Assembly (NCBI GenBank): GCA_036298675.1
Contig: JAXJIO010000031.1
Coordinates: 21,386 to 85,385 of the forward strand
Source: Collinsella sp.
GTDB taxonomy: Bacteria; Actinomycetota; Coriobacteriia; Coriobacteriales; Coriobacteriaceae
DNA: 64,000 nucleotides
Direction: 5' to 3'
Shown here: positions 32,319 through 40,670 of the stretch, piece by piece
How the letters are laid out: every line of letters begins with the position of its first letter
How positions within the stretch are numbered: the stretch's first letter is position 1
Program-made: the position numbers and the translations under genes
The notes under the pieces: model-generated
Told to the model about the DNA's origin: nothing
The model's database searches: none
What the model saw: only the letters and a program-made list of their open reading frames with translations

Positions 32319-33359
32319 ATGTCTGAGCTCAACCCCGTCCGCATTGCCGTTATCGGCGCCGGCGCCATGGGCCGCAACCACATCCGCTTTGTCACCGAGG
32401 AGCCCGAGGCCGAGCTCGTCGCCATCGCCGACGCCTTCGAGGGCGCCCGCGCCACGGCCGAGGCCGCCGGCGTGCCGTTCTTCACCGATCCCGCCCAGAT
32501 GATGGACGAGATCAAGCCCGAGGCCGTCATCATCGCCACCCCCAACGACCTGCACCTGGGCGTTGCCCGCGAGGCCGTGAAGCGTAACATCGTGCCGCTG
32601 GTCGAAAAGCCGATCTCCAACGACCTGGAGGATGCCCAGGCCTTCGCCGCCGAGGCCGAGACCGCTGGCGTGCCCGTGCTCGTGGGTCAGCACCGTCGCC
32701 ACAATCCCTTCGTCAACAAGGCCAAGGAGATCATCGAGTCCGGCGAGCTGGGCAAGCTCACCGTGTCGAGCTTCCACTACATGATCTATAAGAATGACGA
32801 GTACTTCGATGTCGAGTGGCGCCGTAAGAAGGGTGCCGGCCCGATCCTGGTCAACCTGGTGCACGACGTCGACCTGCTCCGCTACCTGCTGGGCGAGCCC
32901 GTTGCCGTCCAGGGCATGCAGTCCAGCGCCGCCCGCGGTTTTGAGACCGAGGACTCCGCCGTGGTCAACGTCCGTTTTGCCGATGGCGCGCTCGCAAGCA
33001 TGACCATCTCTGACGCCACCGCCAGTCCCTGGAACTGGGAGGCAACCGCTCGCGAGGATCCGCAGTACCGCCCCTTCGACGCCGACGCCTACTTTATCGG
33101 CGGCACTAAGGGCGCCCTTTCGCTGCCCCGCCTGCACCAGTTCTCCTACGACGGCGCCTCCAACTGGCACAAGCCGCTGCAGATGGAGATTCCGGCTGTC
33201 GACCCGGCACTGCCGCACAAGATGCAGCTCAAGCACTTTGTAAAGGTTGTCCGCCGCGAGGTCGAGCCCGTCGTGACCCCCGCCGACAACGTTAAGACGC
33301 TCACGCTTCTCAACGCCATCAAGGAGGCCGCCGAGACCGGCCAGCTCGTCGAGCTGTAA
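32319..33359 (+). CDS. Gfo/Idh/MocA family oxidoreductase
   Basis: VRIAVIGAGAMGRNH is the Rossmann N-terminus, and EKP (LVEKPIS) and GQHRRHNP motifs are present. SD AAGGAG precedes the start. Confidence 0.88.
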   Translation: MSELNPVRIAVIGAGAMGRNHIRFVTEEPEAELVAIADAFEGARATAEAAGVPFFTDPAQMMDEIKPEAVIIATPNDLHLGVAREAVKRNIVPLVEKPISNDLEDAQAFAAEAETAGVPVLVGQHRRHNPFVNKAKEIIESGELGKLTVSSFHYMIYKNDEYFDVEWRRKKGAGPILVNLVHDVDLLRYLLGEPVAVQGMQSSAARGFETEDSAVVNVRFADGALASMTISDATASPWNWEATAREDPQYRPFDADAYFIGGTKGALSLPRLHQFSYDGASNWHKPLQMEIPAVDPALPHKMQLKHFVKVVRREVEPVVTPADNVKTLTLLNAIKEAAETGQLVEL

Positions 33360-33433
33360 TGCCTTAAGAGCGGCCGCGGCAGAAACCCCATGCCGAACCC
33401 CTCGGTCCGCCACCAATAAGCCCCTCTTCTTTG

Positions 33434-33467
33434 CCCCGCGAGCAGCCTCCTGCCCGCGGGGCTTTTT
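33434..33467 (+). terminator. Rho-independent terminator after the oxidoreductase gene
   Basis: CCCCGCG-agcagcctcctgc-CCGCGGGG followed by CTTTTTG. Confidence 0.8.
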
Positions 33468-33527
33468 GCTACCTTGCCGACGATTTTTCTGGGGCGGGGG
33501 CTATTTTGCACCTCGGCTTGATTCGTT

Positions 33528-33689
33528 CGCCACGAAACGCGCCTATCTACTACGTTTAACCGATCGCCCTCAACCATGCCAAATTTCGCGAAATAAAAAC
33601 TGCAGGTAGACGGCTTGCGTATTCTCGGAAAACCGGGGGGTGGTCGACCCATATGGGTTAAACGTAGTAGATAGGCCCCTTTCGTGGCG
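33528..33689. repeat. MITE-like element: 34-bp terminal inverted repeats (2 mismatches) around a 94-bp core
   Basis: CGCCACGAAACGCGCCTATCTACTACGTTTAACC ... GGTTAAACGTAGTAGATAGGCCCCTTTCGTGGCG. No ORF is present. GGGACGG-type units flank it at 33491-33512 and 33701-33717. Confidence 0.85.
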
Positions 33690-33770
33690 CAACCCCAAAA
33701 CAGTCTTTTGGGACGGGTGGTATCCTTGGTAGCTCTGTGCTGCAAACGCACCTTAAACGCAAGGAGTCCC

Positions 33771-35918
33771 ATGGATCTTATCGCCCAGCTTGCCCGCGAG
33801 CTCAATCTTAAGGCCACCAATGTCGAGGCGGCCGTCAAGCTCATCGACGAGGGCAACACCATCCCCTTTATCTCGCGCTACCGCAAGGAAGCCACGGGCG
33901 GCATGGACGACGTCGCCCTGCGCGCGCTCGACGAACGCCTGTCCTACCTGCGCAACCTTGAGCAGCGCAAGGAAGACGTCATCCTGCTCATCGACGCCCA
34001 GGGCAAACTCACGCCCGAGCTCGAGCAGCAGATTCGCGAGGCCACGCAGCTCCAGCGCGTCGAGGACCTCTACAAGCCCTACCGTAAAAAGCGCATGACC
34101 CGCGCGCAGAAGGCCCGTGAGGCAGGCCTGGAGCCCCTCGCCAACATGATCATCATGCAGGCGTCGGCCAAGGGCAGCGCGCTCGACGCCGCCGCGGCCT
34201 ATATCAACGAGGACGCCGGCTTCGACACCGCCGAGAAGGCGCTCGCCGGTGCCGCCGACATCGTGGCCGAGACAGTGGCCGAGGACCCCGAGAACGTCGC
34301 CGACCTGCGCGCCTTTACGCAAAACACCGCCGACATCGTCGTCGAGGCGACCGACCCCGCCGAGAAGACTCCCTACGAGCCCTACTACAACTTTGACGAG
34401 CCGCTGCGCCGCATCCCCAACCACCGCGTGCTGGCCATCGACCGCGGCGAGCGCGAGGGCAAGCTCCGCGTGCGCGTAAACGTCGACGGCGCTGCCGCCA
34501 CGGCGCGTCTCGGCAGCCGCTGGCCCCGCCGCCAGGGCGTCTTCGCGCCCGTCTTTGACGCCGCCATCGCCGACGGCTACAAGCGCCTGATGGCCCCCTC
34601 GCTGGAGCGCGAGGCCCGCGCCAAGCTCACCGTCCGTGCTCAGACCGAGGCCATCAGCGTCTTTGCCAAGAACCTTGAGGGCCTGCTCTCGGCCCGCCCC
34701 GTCCGCGGCGCCCGCGTGCTCGCGCTCGACCCGGGCTACCGCACCGGCTGCAAGGTCGCCGTCATGGACGAGACCGGCAAGCTGCTTGACCACGGCGTGG
34801 TCTACCCCACCAAGCCGCGCCACGACGTCGCCGGCACCAAGCGCGAGCTCGCCCGCCTCGTCAAAAAGGACGGCGTCAACACCATCGTTATCGGCAACGG
34901 TACCGCCAGCCGCGAGACCGAGGAAGTCGTCTCGGAGTTCATTGCCGAGCAGGCGCCCGGCTTGCGCTACACCATCGTGAACGAGGCCGGCGCGTCGGTG
35001 TACTCCGCCTCCGAGCTCGCGAGCCAAGAGTATCCCGACCTGGACGTCACCGTGCGCGGCGCCATGAGCCTGGGCCGCCGCTTGCAGGACCCGCTGGCCG
35101 AGCTCGTCAAGATTCCGCCCCAGTCCATCGGCGTGGGCCAGTACCAGCACGACCTTGACCAGGCCGAGCTTTCGCGCACGCTGGGCCACGTGGTGGAGGA
35201 CGTCGTCAACCGCGTGGGCGTCGACGTCAACACCGCGAGCGCGAGCCTACTGGGCTACGTGTCGGGCATCACGCCGAGCGTGGCCAAGAACATCGTTGCC
35301 TACCGCGAGGAAAACGGCGCCTTTACCGATCGCCGCCAGCTCAAGAAGGTCCCCAAACTGGGCCCCAAGGCATATCTCAACGCCGCTGGCTTCCTACGCA
35401 TCAGCGGCGGTAAAAACCCGCTCGACGCGACGAGCGTCCACCCCGAAAGCTACGAGGTGGCGACGTCCGTCCTGGAGCGCGCTGGCGTGGCGGCCAGCGA
35501 GCTCAGCCGCGGCGGCGTGCCCGATATCGAGCGCCGCCTGGGCAGCATCTCGGCGCTGGCAAGCGACCTGGACTGTGGCACCCTGACGCTCATCGACATC
35601 GTCAACGAGCTCAAGAAGCCCGGCCGCGACCCGCGCGATGACGCACCCGAGGTGGTCTTTAGCCGCTCGGCGCTTTCCATCGACGACCTGGAGCCCGGCA
35701 TGGAACTCAAGGGCACGGTGCGCAATGTTGTGGACTTTGGCGCCTTCGTCGACGTGGGCGTGCACCAGGACGGCCTCGTGCACATCTCCAAGCTGGCCAA
35801 CCGCTTCGTCAAGCACCCCAGCGACGTGGTACGCGTCGGTGACACGGTCAAGGTGCGGGTCGAAAAGGTCGATCGCGACCGCAAGAAGATCTCGCTCACC
35901 ATGGTGCAGGGGAAGTAA
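33771..35918 (+). CDS. tex: Tex-like transcription accessory protein (S1 RNA-binding domain)
   Basis: The start was set to the ATG at 33771 (SD AAGGAG). IPFISRYRKEATGGMDD is a Tex signature. A YqgF/RuvC-like middle region, HhH motifs and a C-terminal S1 domain (GTVRNVVDFGAFVDVG) are present. Confidence 0.92.
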   Translation: MDLIAQLARELNLKATNVEAAVKLIDEGNTIPFISRYRKEATGGMDDVALRALDERLSYLRNLEQRKEDVILLIDAQGKLTPELEQQIREATQLQRVEDLYKPYRKKRMTRAQKAREAGLEPLANMIIMQASAKGSALDAAAAYINEDAGFDTAEKALAGAADIVAETVAEDPENVADLRAFTQNTADIVVEATDPAEKTPYEPYYNFDEPLRRIPNHRVLAIDRGEREGKLRVRVNVDGAAATARLGSRWPRRQGVFAPVFDAAIADGYKRLMAPSLEREARAKLTVRAQTEAISVFAKNLEGLLSARPVRGARVLALDPGYRTGCKVAVMDETGKLLDHGVVYPTKPRHDVAGTKRELARLVKKDGVNTIVIGNGTASRETEEVVSEFIAEQAPGLRYTIVNEAGASVYSASELASQEYPDLDVTVRGAMSLGRRLQDPLAELVKIPPQSIGVGQYQHDLDQAELSRTLGHVVEDVVNRVGVDVNTASASLLGYVSGITPSVAKNIVAYREENGAFTDRRQLKKVPKLGPKAYLNAAGFLRISGGKNPLDATSVHPESYEVATSVLERAGVAASELSRGGVPDIERRLGSISALASDLDCGTLTLIDIVNELKKPGRDPRDDAPEVVFSRSALSIDDLEPGMELKGTVRNVVDFGAFVDVGVHQDGLVHISKLANRFVKHPSDVVRVGDTVKVRVEKVDRDRKKISLTMVQGK

Positions 35919-35931
35919 ACCGCCAAAGCAA

Positions 35932-36138
35932 GGGTACCCCCTGCAGCGACGTGCAAAATCGCGAGTATTCTGCAAATTCCGCCGTTCCAGATGCCCCTCA
36001 GAGGCGAAAAAGCAAGAAACAGCCCCCGTTTTAGCGTCATCAGAGCCAAAACGGGGGCTGTTCCGCGCTTCAACCAGCTGGTAAAAGCCTTTACCTTGCT
36101 GAATATTCTCAATTTTGCACGGCGCAGGCGAGGGTACC
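35932..36138. repeat. Nested-palindrome intergenic element of about 207 bp (MITE-like)
   Basis: Imperfect terminal repeats are GGGTACCC..CGTGCAAAAT..GAGTATTC and GAATATTC..ATTTTGCACG..GGGTACC. The central perfect 15-bp hairpin is AACAGCCCCCGTTTT/AAAACGGGGGCTGTT. Confidence 0.8.
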
Positions 36139-36145
36139 TTTGTCC

Positions 36146-36320
36146 ACGGCAGAATATGGAAGCCAATCACCAACCTACTGGCAAGTTCGTGTCGGCAGCC
36201 CCGGCCTTTCCTTTGCCTAGCGCGACCCTCGCGAAGCGCGTGAACGATAGGGAAAGGAAAGGCCGGGGCGAGCAGCCCGCGGCGTAGTCAGTGTTCGCGT
36301 TACGGCAGAATATGGAAGCC
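36146..36320. repeat. 19-bp direct repeat (ACGGCAGAATATGGAAGCC) flanking a hairpin-containing 137-bp segment at the 3' end of tal
   Basis: The copies are at 36146-36164 and 36302-36320; the latter encodes the C-terminal GFHILP of the tal gene. The internal perfect 17-bp stem spans 36198-36269. Confidence 0.9.
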
Positions 36321-37004
36321 CAAAGCGGCGATATCCTTGGCAAAGCCGCGGACGGTGTCGAGCGAGACCTCGTACGGGTCGCGGCCGATGTTCTTGCGCT
36401 TGGCCAGGATGCTGTTGGGCACCGTGATGATCTGGCAGCCGCAGGCCTCCGCCTGGTAGATATTGATGAGCTCGCGCGTGGACGCCCACAGAACCTCGCA
36501 GTTGGGCTTGGCGGCGGCCTTCTCGACCGACTCCGTCATAAACGGAATGGGGTCGACGCCGGTATCGGCGATACGGCCGGCAAAGAGCGAAATGATGGAC
36601 GGGGTCTCGGCGTCAACGGTCTCGACCATCTCGTCGACCTGCTCGGGCGTAAAGATGGTGGTGACATTGACCTTGATGCCGTCGGCCGAAAGCTTGCGCA
36701 CCAACTCGGCGGTGGACTCGCCCTTGGTGGTCACGCACGGAATCTTGACGTAGACGTTCTCGGCCCAGGTAGCAATCTCGCGGGCCTCGACCTCCATGGT
36801 CTCGACGTCATCGGCAAAGACCTCAAACGACACGGACACATCGGTGATGTGGGCTAGGACCTCCTTGGCAAACGCGCGGTAATCCGTCACGCCGCCCTTC
36901 TTCATAAGGGACGGGTTGGTCGTGAAACCCTGAACGTTGCCGTTCTCGTACATGTCGAGCATGCCCTCGAGGTTTGCACCGTCAGCGAACACCTTGATTG
37001 CCAT
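36300..37004 (-). CDS. Transaldolase-family class I aldolase (short Tal/Fsa-like), paralog 1
   Basis: MAIKVFADGANLEGMLDM..NGNVQGFTTNPSLMKKGG is followed by the Schiff-base lysine context NVYVKIP. The start was set to the ATG at 37004. High identity by eye to 39600-40310. Confidence 0.85.
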   Translation of the reverse strand: MAIKVFADGANLEGMLDMYENGNVQGFTTNPSLMKKGGVTDYRAFAKEVLAHITDVSVSFEVFADDVETMEVEAREIATWAENVYVKIPCVTTKGESTAELVRKLSADGIKVNVTTIFTPEQVDEMVETVDAETPSIISLFAGRIADTGVDPIPFMTESVEKAAAKPNCEVLWASTRELINIYQAEACGCQIITVPNSILAKRKNIGRDPYEVSLDTVRGFAKDIAALGFHILP

Positions 37005-37234
37005 CTGCCTGATTCCTTTCGTTTGCATAAGGCCGGTAAACTGCTAAACACTTTACCTATGTTTATCAAGGCGTGAACTGCGGGTTTTTATCTTCTCGGC
37101 GAACGGTTTTACGGTTTTACCATTTTTATATCGACACCCCAGCAGCAAAACGTTTTTGCCATTCATTGCGTTTGATTCCGCTCACGGCGCAGAGACGATG
37201 CTTCGTCAATACGTTTTCACAACCACTTCAAAAC

Positions 37235-37269
37235 AAAAAGCGGTGACGCCTCATTTGAGACGTCACCGC
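37235..37269 (-). terminator. Rho-independent terminator after the PTS EIIC gene
   Basis: On the minus strand, GCGGTGACG-tctcaaatgagg-CGTCACCGC is followed by TTTTTGTTTTG. Confidence 0.85.
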
Positions 37270-37328
37270 TTCCGTGTAGGAGCCGGTTATCGGAGCTCCG
37301 CCCGATTAGGGCTTAAAGTGTGCCTGGA

Positions 37329-38720
37329 TTACTCTTCCTCAACGTGGTTGATCACAGCGCCCTTGGTGTGGATGAAGTTGGGGACAAAGGCGACGATCAG
37401 AAGGACAGCGAGAATCGCGTAGACACCGGTGGTACCGAAGGCCTCGGCAGCGCGGCCGAGCGTAATACCAATAACGGAGAAGTCGAAGTCGCCGAACGTA
37501 GTGTTCTTGAAGCCGAAGACGTCAAGAACAGGCAGGAGCAGAGCAGGGGCAAAGGTGATGAGCAGGCCGTTGACGAAAGCGCCAAGAGCTGCACCCTTGC
37601 GGCCACCGGTAGCATTGCCGTAGATGCCGGCGGTAGCACCGCAGAAGAAGTGAGGAACCATGCCCGGGATGATGAAGATACCGAGGGTAGCGCCCACGAT
37701 GAACATACCGACCACGCCACCGATAAAGGAAGCGACAAAGCCGAGAATGACGGCGGTGGGAGCGTAGGGGAAGAAGACGGCGCAGTCGACGGCGGGGATG
37801 GCACCGGGGATCAGCTTGTTGGAGATGCCCTGGAAGGCCGGGACCAGGTCGGCGAGAATCATGCGGACGCCGTTGTAGACGATGGTGACGCCGACGGCGA
37901 AGGACAGAGCACAGGTCAGGGCGTAAACAATCACGTTGTCGCCGCCAGCAGTCTCAGTAACAACCGCAGGATCTGCGATGTAAGCGGCAAAAGCAGTCAC
38001 CAGGTAGAAGAAGGCCATGGTAAGAGCCGTGGAGATGGTGGTGTCGCGCAGGAAGGCATACTTCTCGGGAACCTCGATCTTCTCTGTGCTGTTCTCCTCG
38101 GCGTCCTTAGCAAACAGCGTACCGACTGCAGCGGAGATATAGTAGGCAAGCGAGCCGAAGTGACCCATGGCGATCTCGTCGCCATCGGTAACCTTCTCGG
38201 TGAAACGCTGGCCGACGGCGGGAAGCATGGCGCTCACGAGGCCCAGGAACATACCGCCCACAATGATAAGCTGGACATCCTCGAAGCCAGATGCCTGCAG
38301 AACAGCAGACAGCAGGCAAGCCATGAACATGCTGTGATGGCCCGTCAGGAAGATGTACTTAAACTTGGTAAAGCAAGCAATGATAATGTTCACGACGTAG
38401 CCGAGAATCAGGATCATCATGGTCTGAACGCCGAGGACGCTCTGGGCCATCGAAACGACGACCTCGTTGTTGGGCACGACGCCGGTGATGTGGAAACCGG
38501 TCTCGATGAAGGTACCCAGCGGAGCAAGGTTCTCCTGAACAACAGCGGCGCCGGCAGACAGCATGATGTAGCCAAGGATCGGCTTCAGGGTGCCCGTCAT
38601 CACCTTGTGGGCGGGACGCTTAAGCGCGACAAGGCCGACAAAAGCGAACAGGCCCATAATCCATGCTGGCTTGGTCAGAATCGATTGGATAAACTCAAGT
38701 ATGGGAAGGATGACTTGCAT
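37329..38720 (-). CDS. PTS EIIC, ascorbate/galactitol (UlaA/SgaT, EIIC-GAT) family
   Basis: 463-aa polytopic protein from the ATG at 38720 (SD AAAGGAAG). It is adjacent to EIIB and EIIA genes of the same family. Confidence 0.85.
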   Translation of the reverse strand: MQVILPILEFIQSILTKPAWIMGLFAFVGLVALKRPAHKVMTGTLKPILGYIMLSAGAAVVQENLAPLGTFIETGFHITGVVPNNEVVVSMAQSVLGVQTMMILILGYVVNIIIACFTKFKYIFLTGHHSMFMACLLSAVLQASGFEDVQLIIVGGMFLGLVSAMLPAVGQRFTEKVTDGDEIAMGHFGSLAYYISAAVGTLFAKDAEENSTEKIEVPEKYAFLRDTTISTALTMAFFYLVTAFAAYIADPAVVTETAGGDNVIVYALTCALSFAVGVTIVYNGVRMILADLVPAFQGISNKLIPGAIPAVDCAVFFPYAPTAVILGFVASFIGGVVGMFIVGATLGIFIIPGMVPHFFCGATAGIYGNATGGRKGAALGAFVNGLLITFAPALLLPVLDVFGFKNTTFGDFDFSVIGITLGRAAEAFGTTGVYAILAVLLIVAFVPNFIHTKGAVINHVEEE

Positions 38721-38791
38721 CTGGGCTTCCTTTCTTTTTAACGTGGGCGCGTTTCCCTCTTCCACAGGGAACCGCCCTTTTTTGTGCCGCT

Positions 38792-39067
38792 TTAGGCGTT
38801 AGCGGCGGCCGCCTTGATTGCCTCGAGGGCGTCTTCGCGGATCTTCTTCTTGTTCACATAGCTGCGAACGATCACGACGTTACCGTGAAGCTCGGGAGCG
38901 AGCTCCTTAACGGTGATGAACAGATCCGGATTTGCGGAAGAAGCACCGTTCAGGTCCATAGACTCAACGTCGGCCTTGATGCCCTCCTCCTCGCAAAGCT
39001 CCTCGACTTTGCCAGCGAGCATCAGGCTGGACCCGATGCCGTTTCCGCATACGGTGATGATATGCAT
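38792..39067 (-). CDS. PTS EIIB (UlaB/SgaB-type)
   Basis: MHIITVCGNGIGSSLML carries the phospho-cysteine motif. 91 aa. Confidence 0.88.
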   Translation of the reverse strand: MHIITVCGNGIGSSLMLAGKVEELCEEEGIKADVESMDLNGASSANPDLFITVKELAPELHGNVVIVRSYVNKKKIREDALEAIKAAAANA

Positions 39068-39143
39068 GGCAACCTTCCTCTCCTACACGTGACGGTTTTC
39101 CCGTCTATCCAAAAGCGGCGACGCATCGCCGTGCCATTAAGGC

Positions 39144-39590
39144 CTAAAAGAATGAACGCATGGTCTCCAGAACTTGCTCGGGCGTATCGCACGCGCTGAG
39201 CTTGGCAACGCAGTCCTCGTCCTCGAACATCTGCGAAAGCTCCGCCAAGCAACCAAGATGAGCCTTGGGGTCGGGCGCGCAAATGCCCACGAGTACGTGA
39301 ACCGGATCGAAATCCTCGTGTCCAAATGCAACCGCAGGATCAAGCGTGACGATGCAGATTCCCGCTTCGCTCACATTGCCATCGGCCTGGGCGTGGGGCA
39401 TGGCGATACCCTCTTCCAGAACCATATAGGGGCCAAATTTGTGAACCGATGAAATCATGGCGTCGACATAGCTCTGGTCGCATTTGCCCGCGTCAACGAG
39501 CAGCTTGCCACATGCCCTAATCGCTTCCTCCCAATCGGAGGCCTGGACATGGCAGGCAACAAGCTCGGGTTTAAGAAGATCGGTCAGCAT
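39144..39590 (-). CDS. PTS EIIA (PTS_EIIA_2, UlaC/MtlA-IIA type)
   Basis: 148 aa with the phospho-histidine context EEGIAMPHA. Confidence 0.88.
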   Translation of the reverse strand: MLTDLLKPELVACHVQASDWEEAIRACGKLLVDAGKCDQSYVDAMISSVHKFGPYMVLEEGIAMPHAQADGNVSEAGICIVTLDPAVAFGHEDFDPVHVLVGICAPDPKAHLGCLAELSQMFEDEDCVAKLSACDTPEQVLETMRSFF

Positions 39591-39599
39591 GACAGCTCC

Positions 39600-40310
39600 C
39601 TACTCCTCGGGCAGGATATGAAAACCAAGCGCCTGAATGTCGCGGGCAAAGCCCTTGACCGTATCAAGCGAGTACTCGAGCAAATCTTTCCCGAAATTCT
39701 TGCGCTTGGCGAGAAGGGCATTGGGGACCGTGATGATCTGGCAGCCAACAGACTCTGCTTGGAAGATGTTGAGTACCTCACGCGTGGATGCCCAGAGAAC
39801 CTCGGCGGCGGGCTTGACGGCAGCCTTCTTTACGGACTCTGCCATGAGGGGCAGCGGATCGACGCCGGTATCGGCGATACGGCCGGCGAAGATGGACAGA
39901 ATAGAGGGGGTCTCGGCAGAGACGGCATCGACGAACTCGTCGACCTGCTCGGGCGTGAAGATGGTGGTGACATTCACCTTGATGCCATCGGCGGAAAGGC
40001 GCTTGACCAGCGCGGCGGTGGACTCGCCCTTGGTGTTGAGCGCCGGAATCTTAACGTAGACGTTGTCCGCCCAGGTTGCGATCTCGCGAGCCTCGGCCTC
40101 CATACCAGCCTCGTCGTCGGCGAACACCTCAAAAGAGACCGACACATCGGTGATGTGCTCAAGAACCGTCTTGGCAAAAGCACGGTAGTCAGTCACGCCA
40201 CCGGCCTTCATAAGGGAAGGATTGGTAGTGAAGCCCTGAACGTTGCCATTGTCGTGCATGTCAAGCATGCCCTCGAGGTTAGCGCCGTCGGCAAACACCT
40301 TGATCGCCAT
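39600..40310 (-). CDS. Transaldolase-family class I aldolase, paralog 2 (first gene of the PTS operon)
   Basis: MAIKVFADGANLEGMLDMHDNGNVQGFTTNPSLMKAGG...NVYVKIP. SD GAAAGGA precedes the start. The stop lies 9 nt before the EIIA start. Confidence 0.85.
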   Translation of the reverse strand: MAIKVFADGANLEGMLDMHDNGNVQGFTTNPSLMKAGGVTDYRAFAKTVLEHITDVSVSFEVFADDEAGMEAEAREIATWADNVYVKIPALNTKGESTAALVKRLSADGIKVNVTTIFTPEQVDEFVDAVSAETPSILSIFAGRIADTGVDPLPLMAESVKKAAVKPAAEVLWASTREVLNIFQAESVGCQIITVPNALLAKRKNFGKDLLEYSLDTVKGFARDIQALGFHILPEE

Positions 40311-40670
40311 GTTGGTCCTTTCTCATCTAGCATTATTGCTATCGAAAGCCTTTTTCTTTGTTTCAAAAGCTTTTCGGCTTTCTTTTATAAACTACTTCAA
40401 AAGATATCGAAAGCTCAATTGCCAACTTTCCGTGAACGGTCGATTATCGGGCGTGAACGTATCTCATTTTTTTTCGAACACCTTTCAGGCAAGACTCTTT
40501 ACTGGCTGTTGCAGGCATTCTGCACGTCAGGCCAACTACTAATTACAAATAAAAGCAAGGCGTGTCATTCATCTCGTTCGCTCGATTTCGCCTTGTTCTT
40601 TTCATATCGATACGTTACATTTCGATTACGAAAGGCATTTCTTTTGCCTTTCGTTCAAAAGGAGCGACTT

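Noticed and set aside
37071-40459. GCGTGAAC occurs upstream of both tal genes (37071; 40431/40451, 21 bp apart) and at 36238. It was considered as a candidate DeoR operator.
   Set aside because: The same 8-mer also occurs several times inside the adhesin genes (for example about 6632, 6813 and 62760). It is therefore not statistically distinctive here, and I do not call it an operator.
39549-40670. The N-terminal 374 codons of the 637-aa ORF 39549-41462.
   Set aside because: This part runs antisense through tal2 and the AT-rich promoter region. A strong SD (AAAGGAG) and ATG at 40671 start a complete DeoR regulator.
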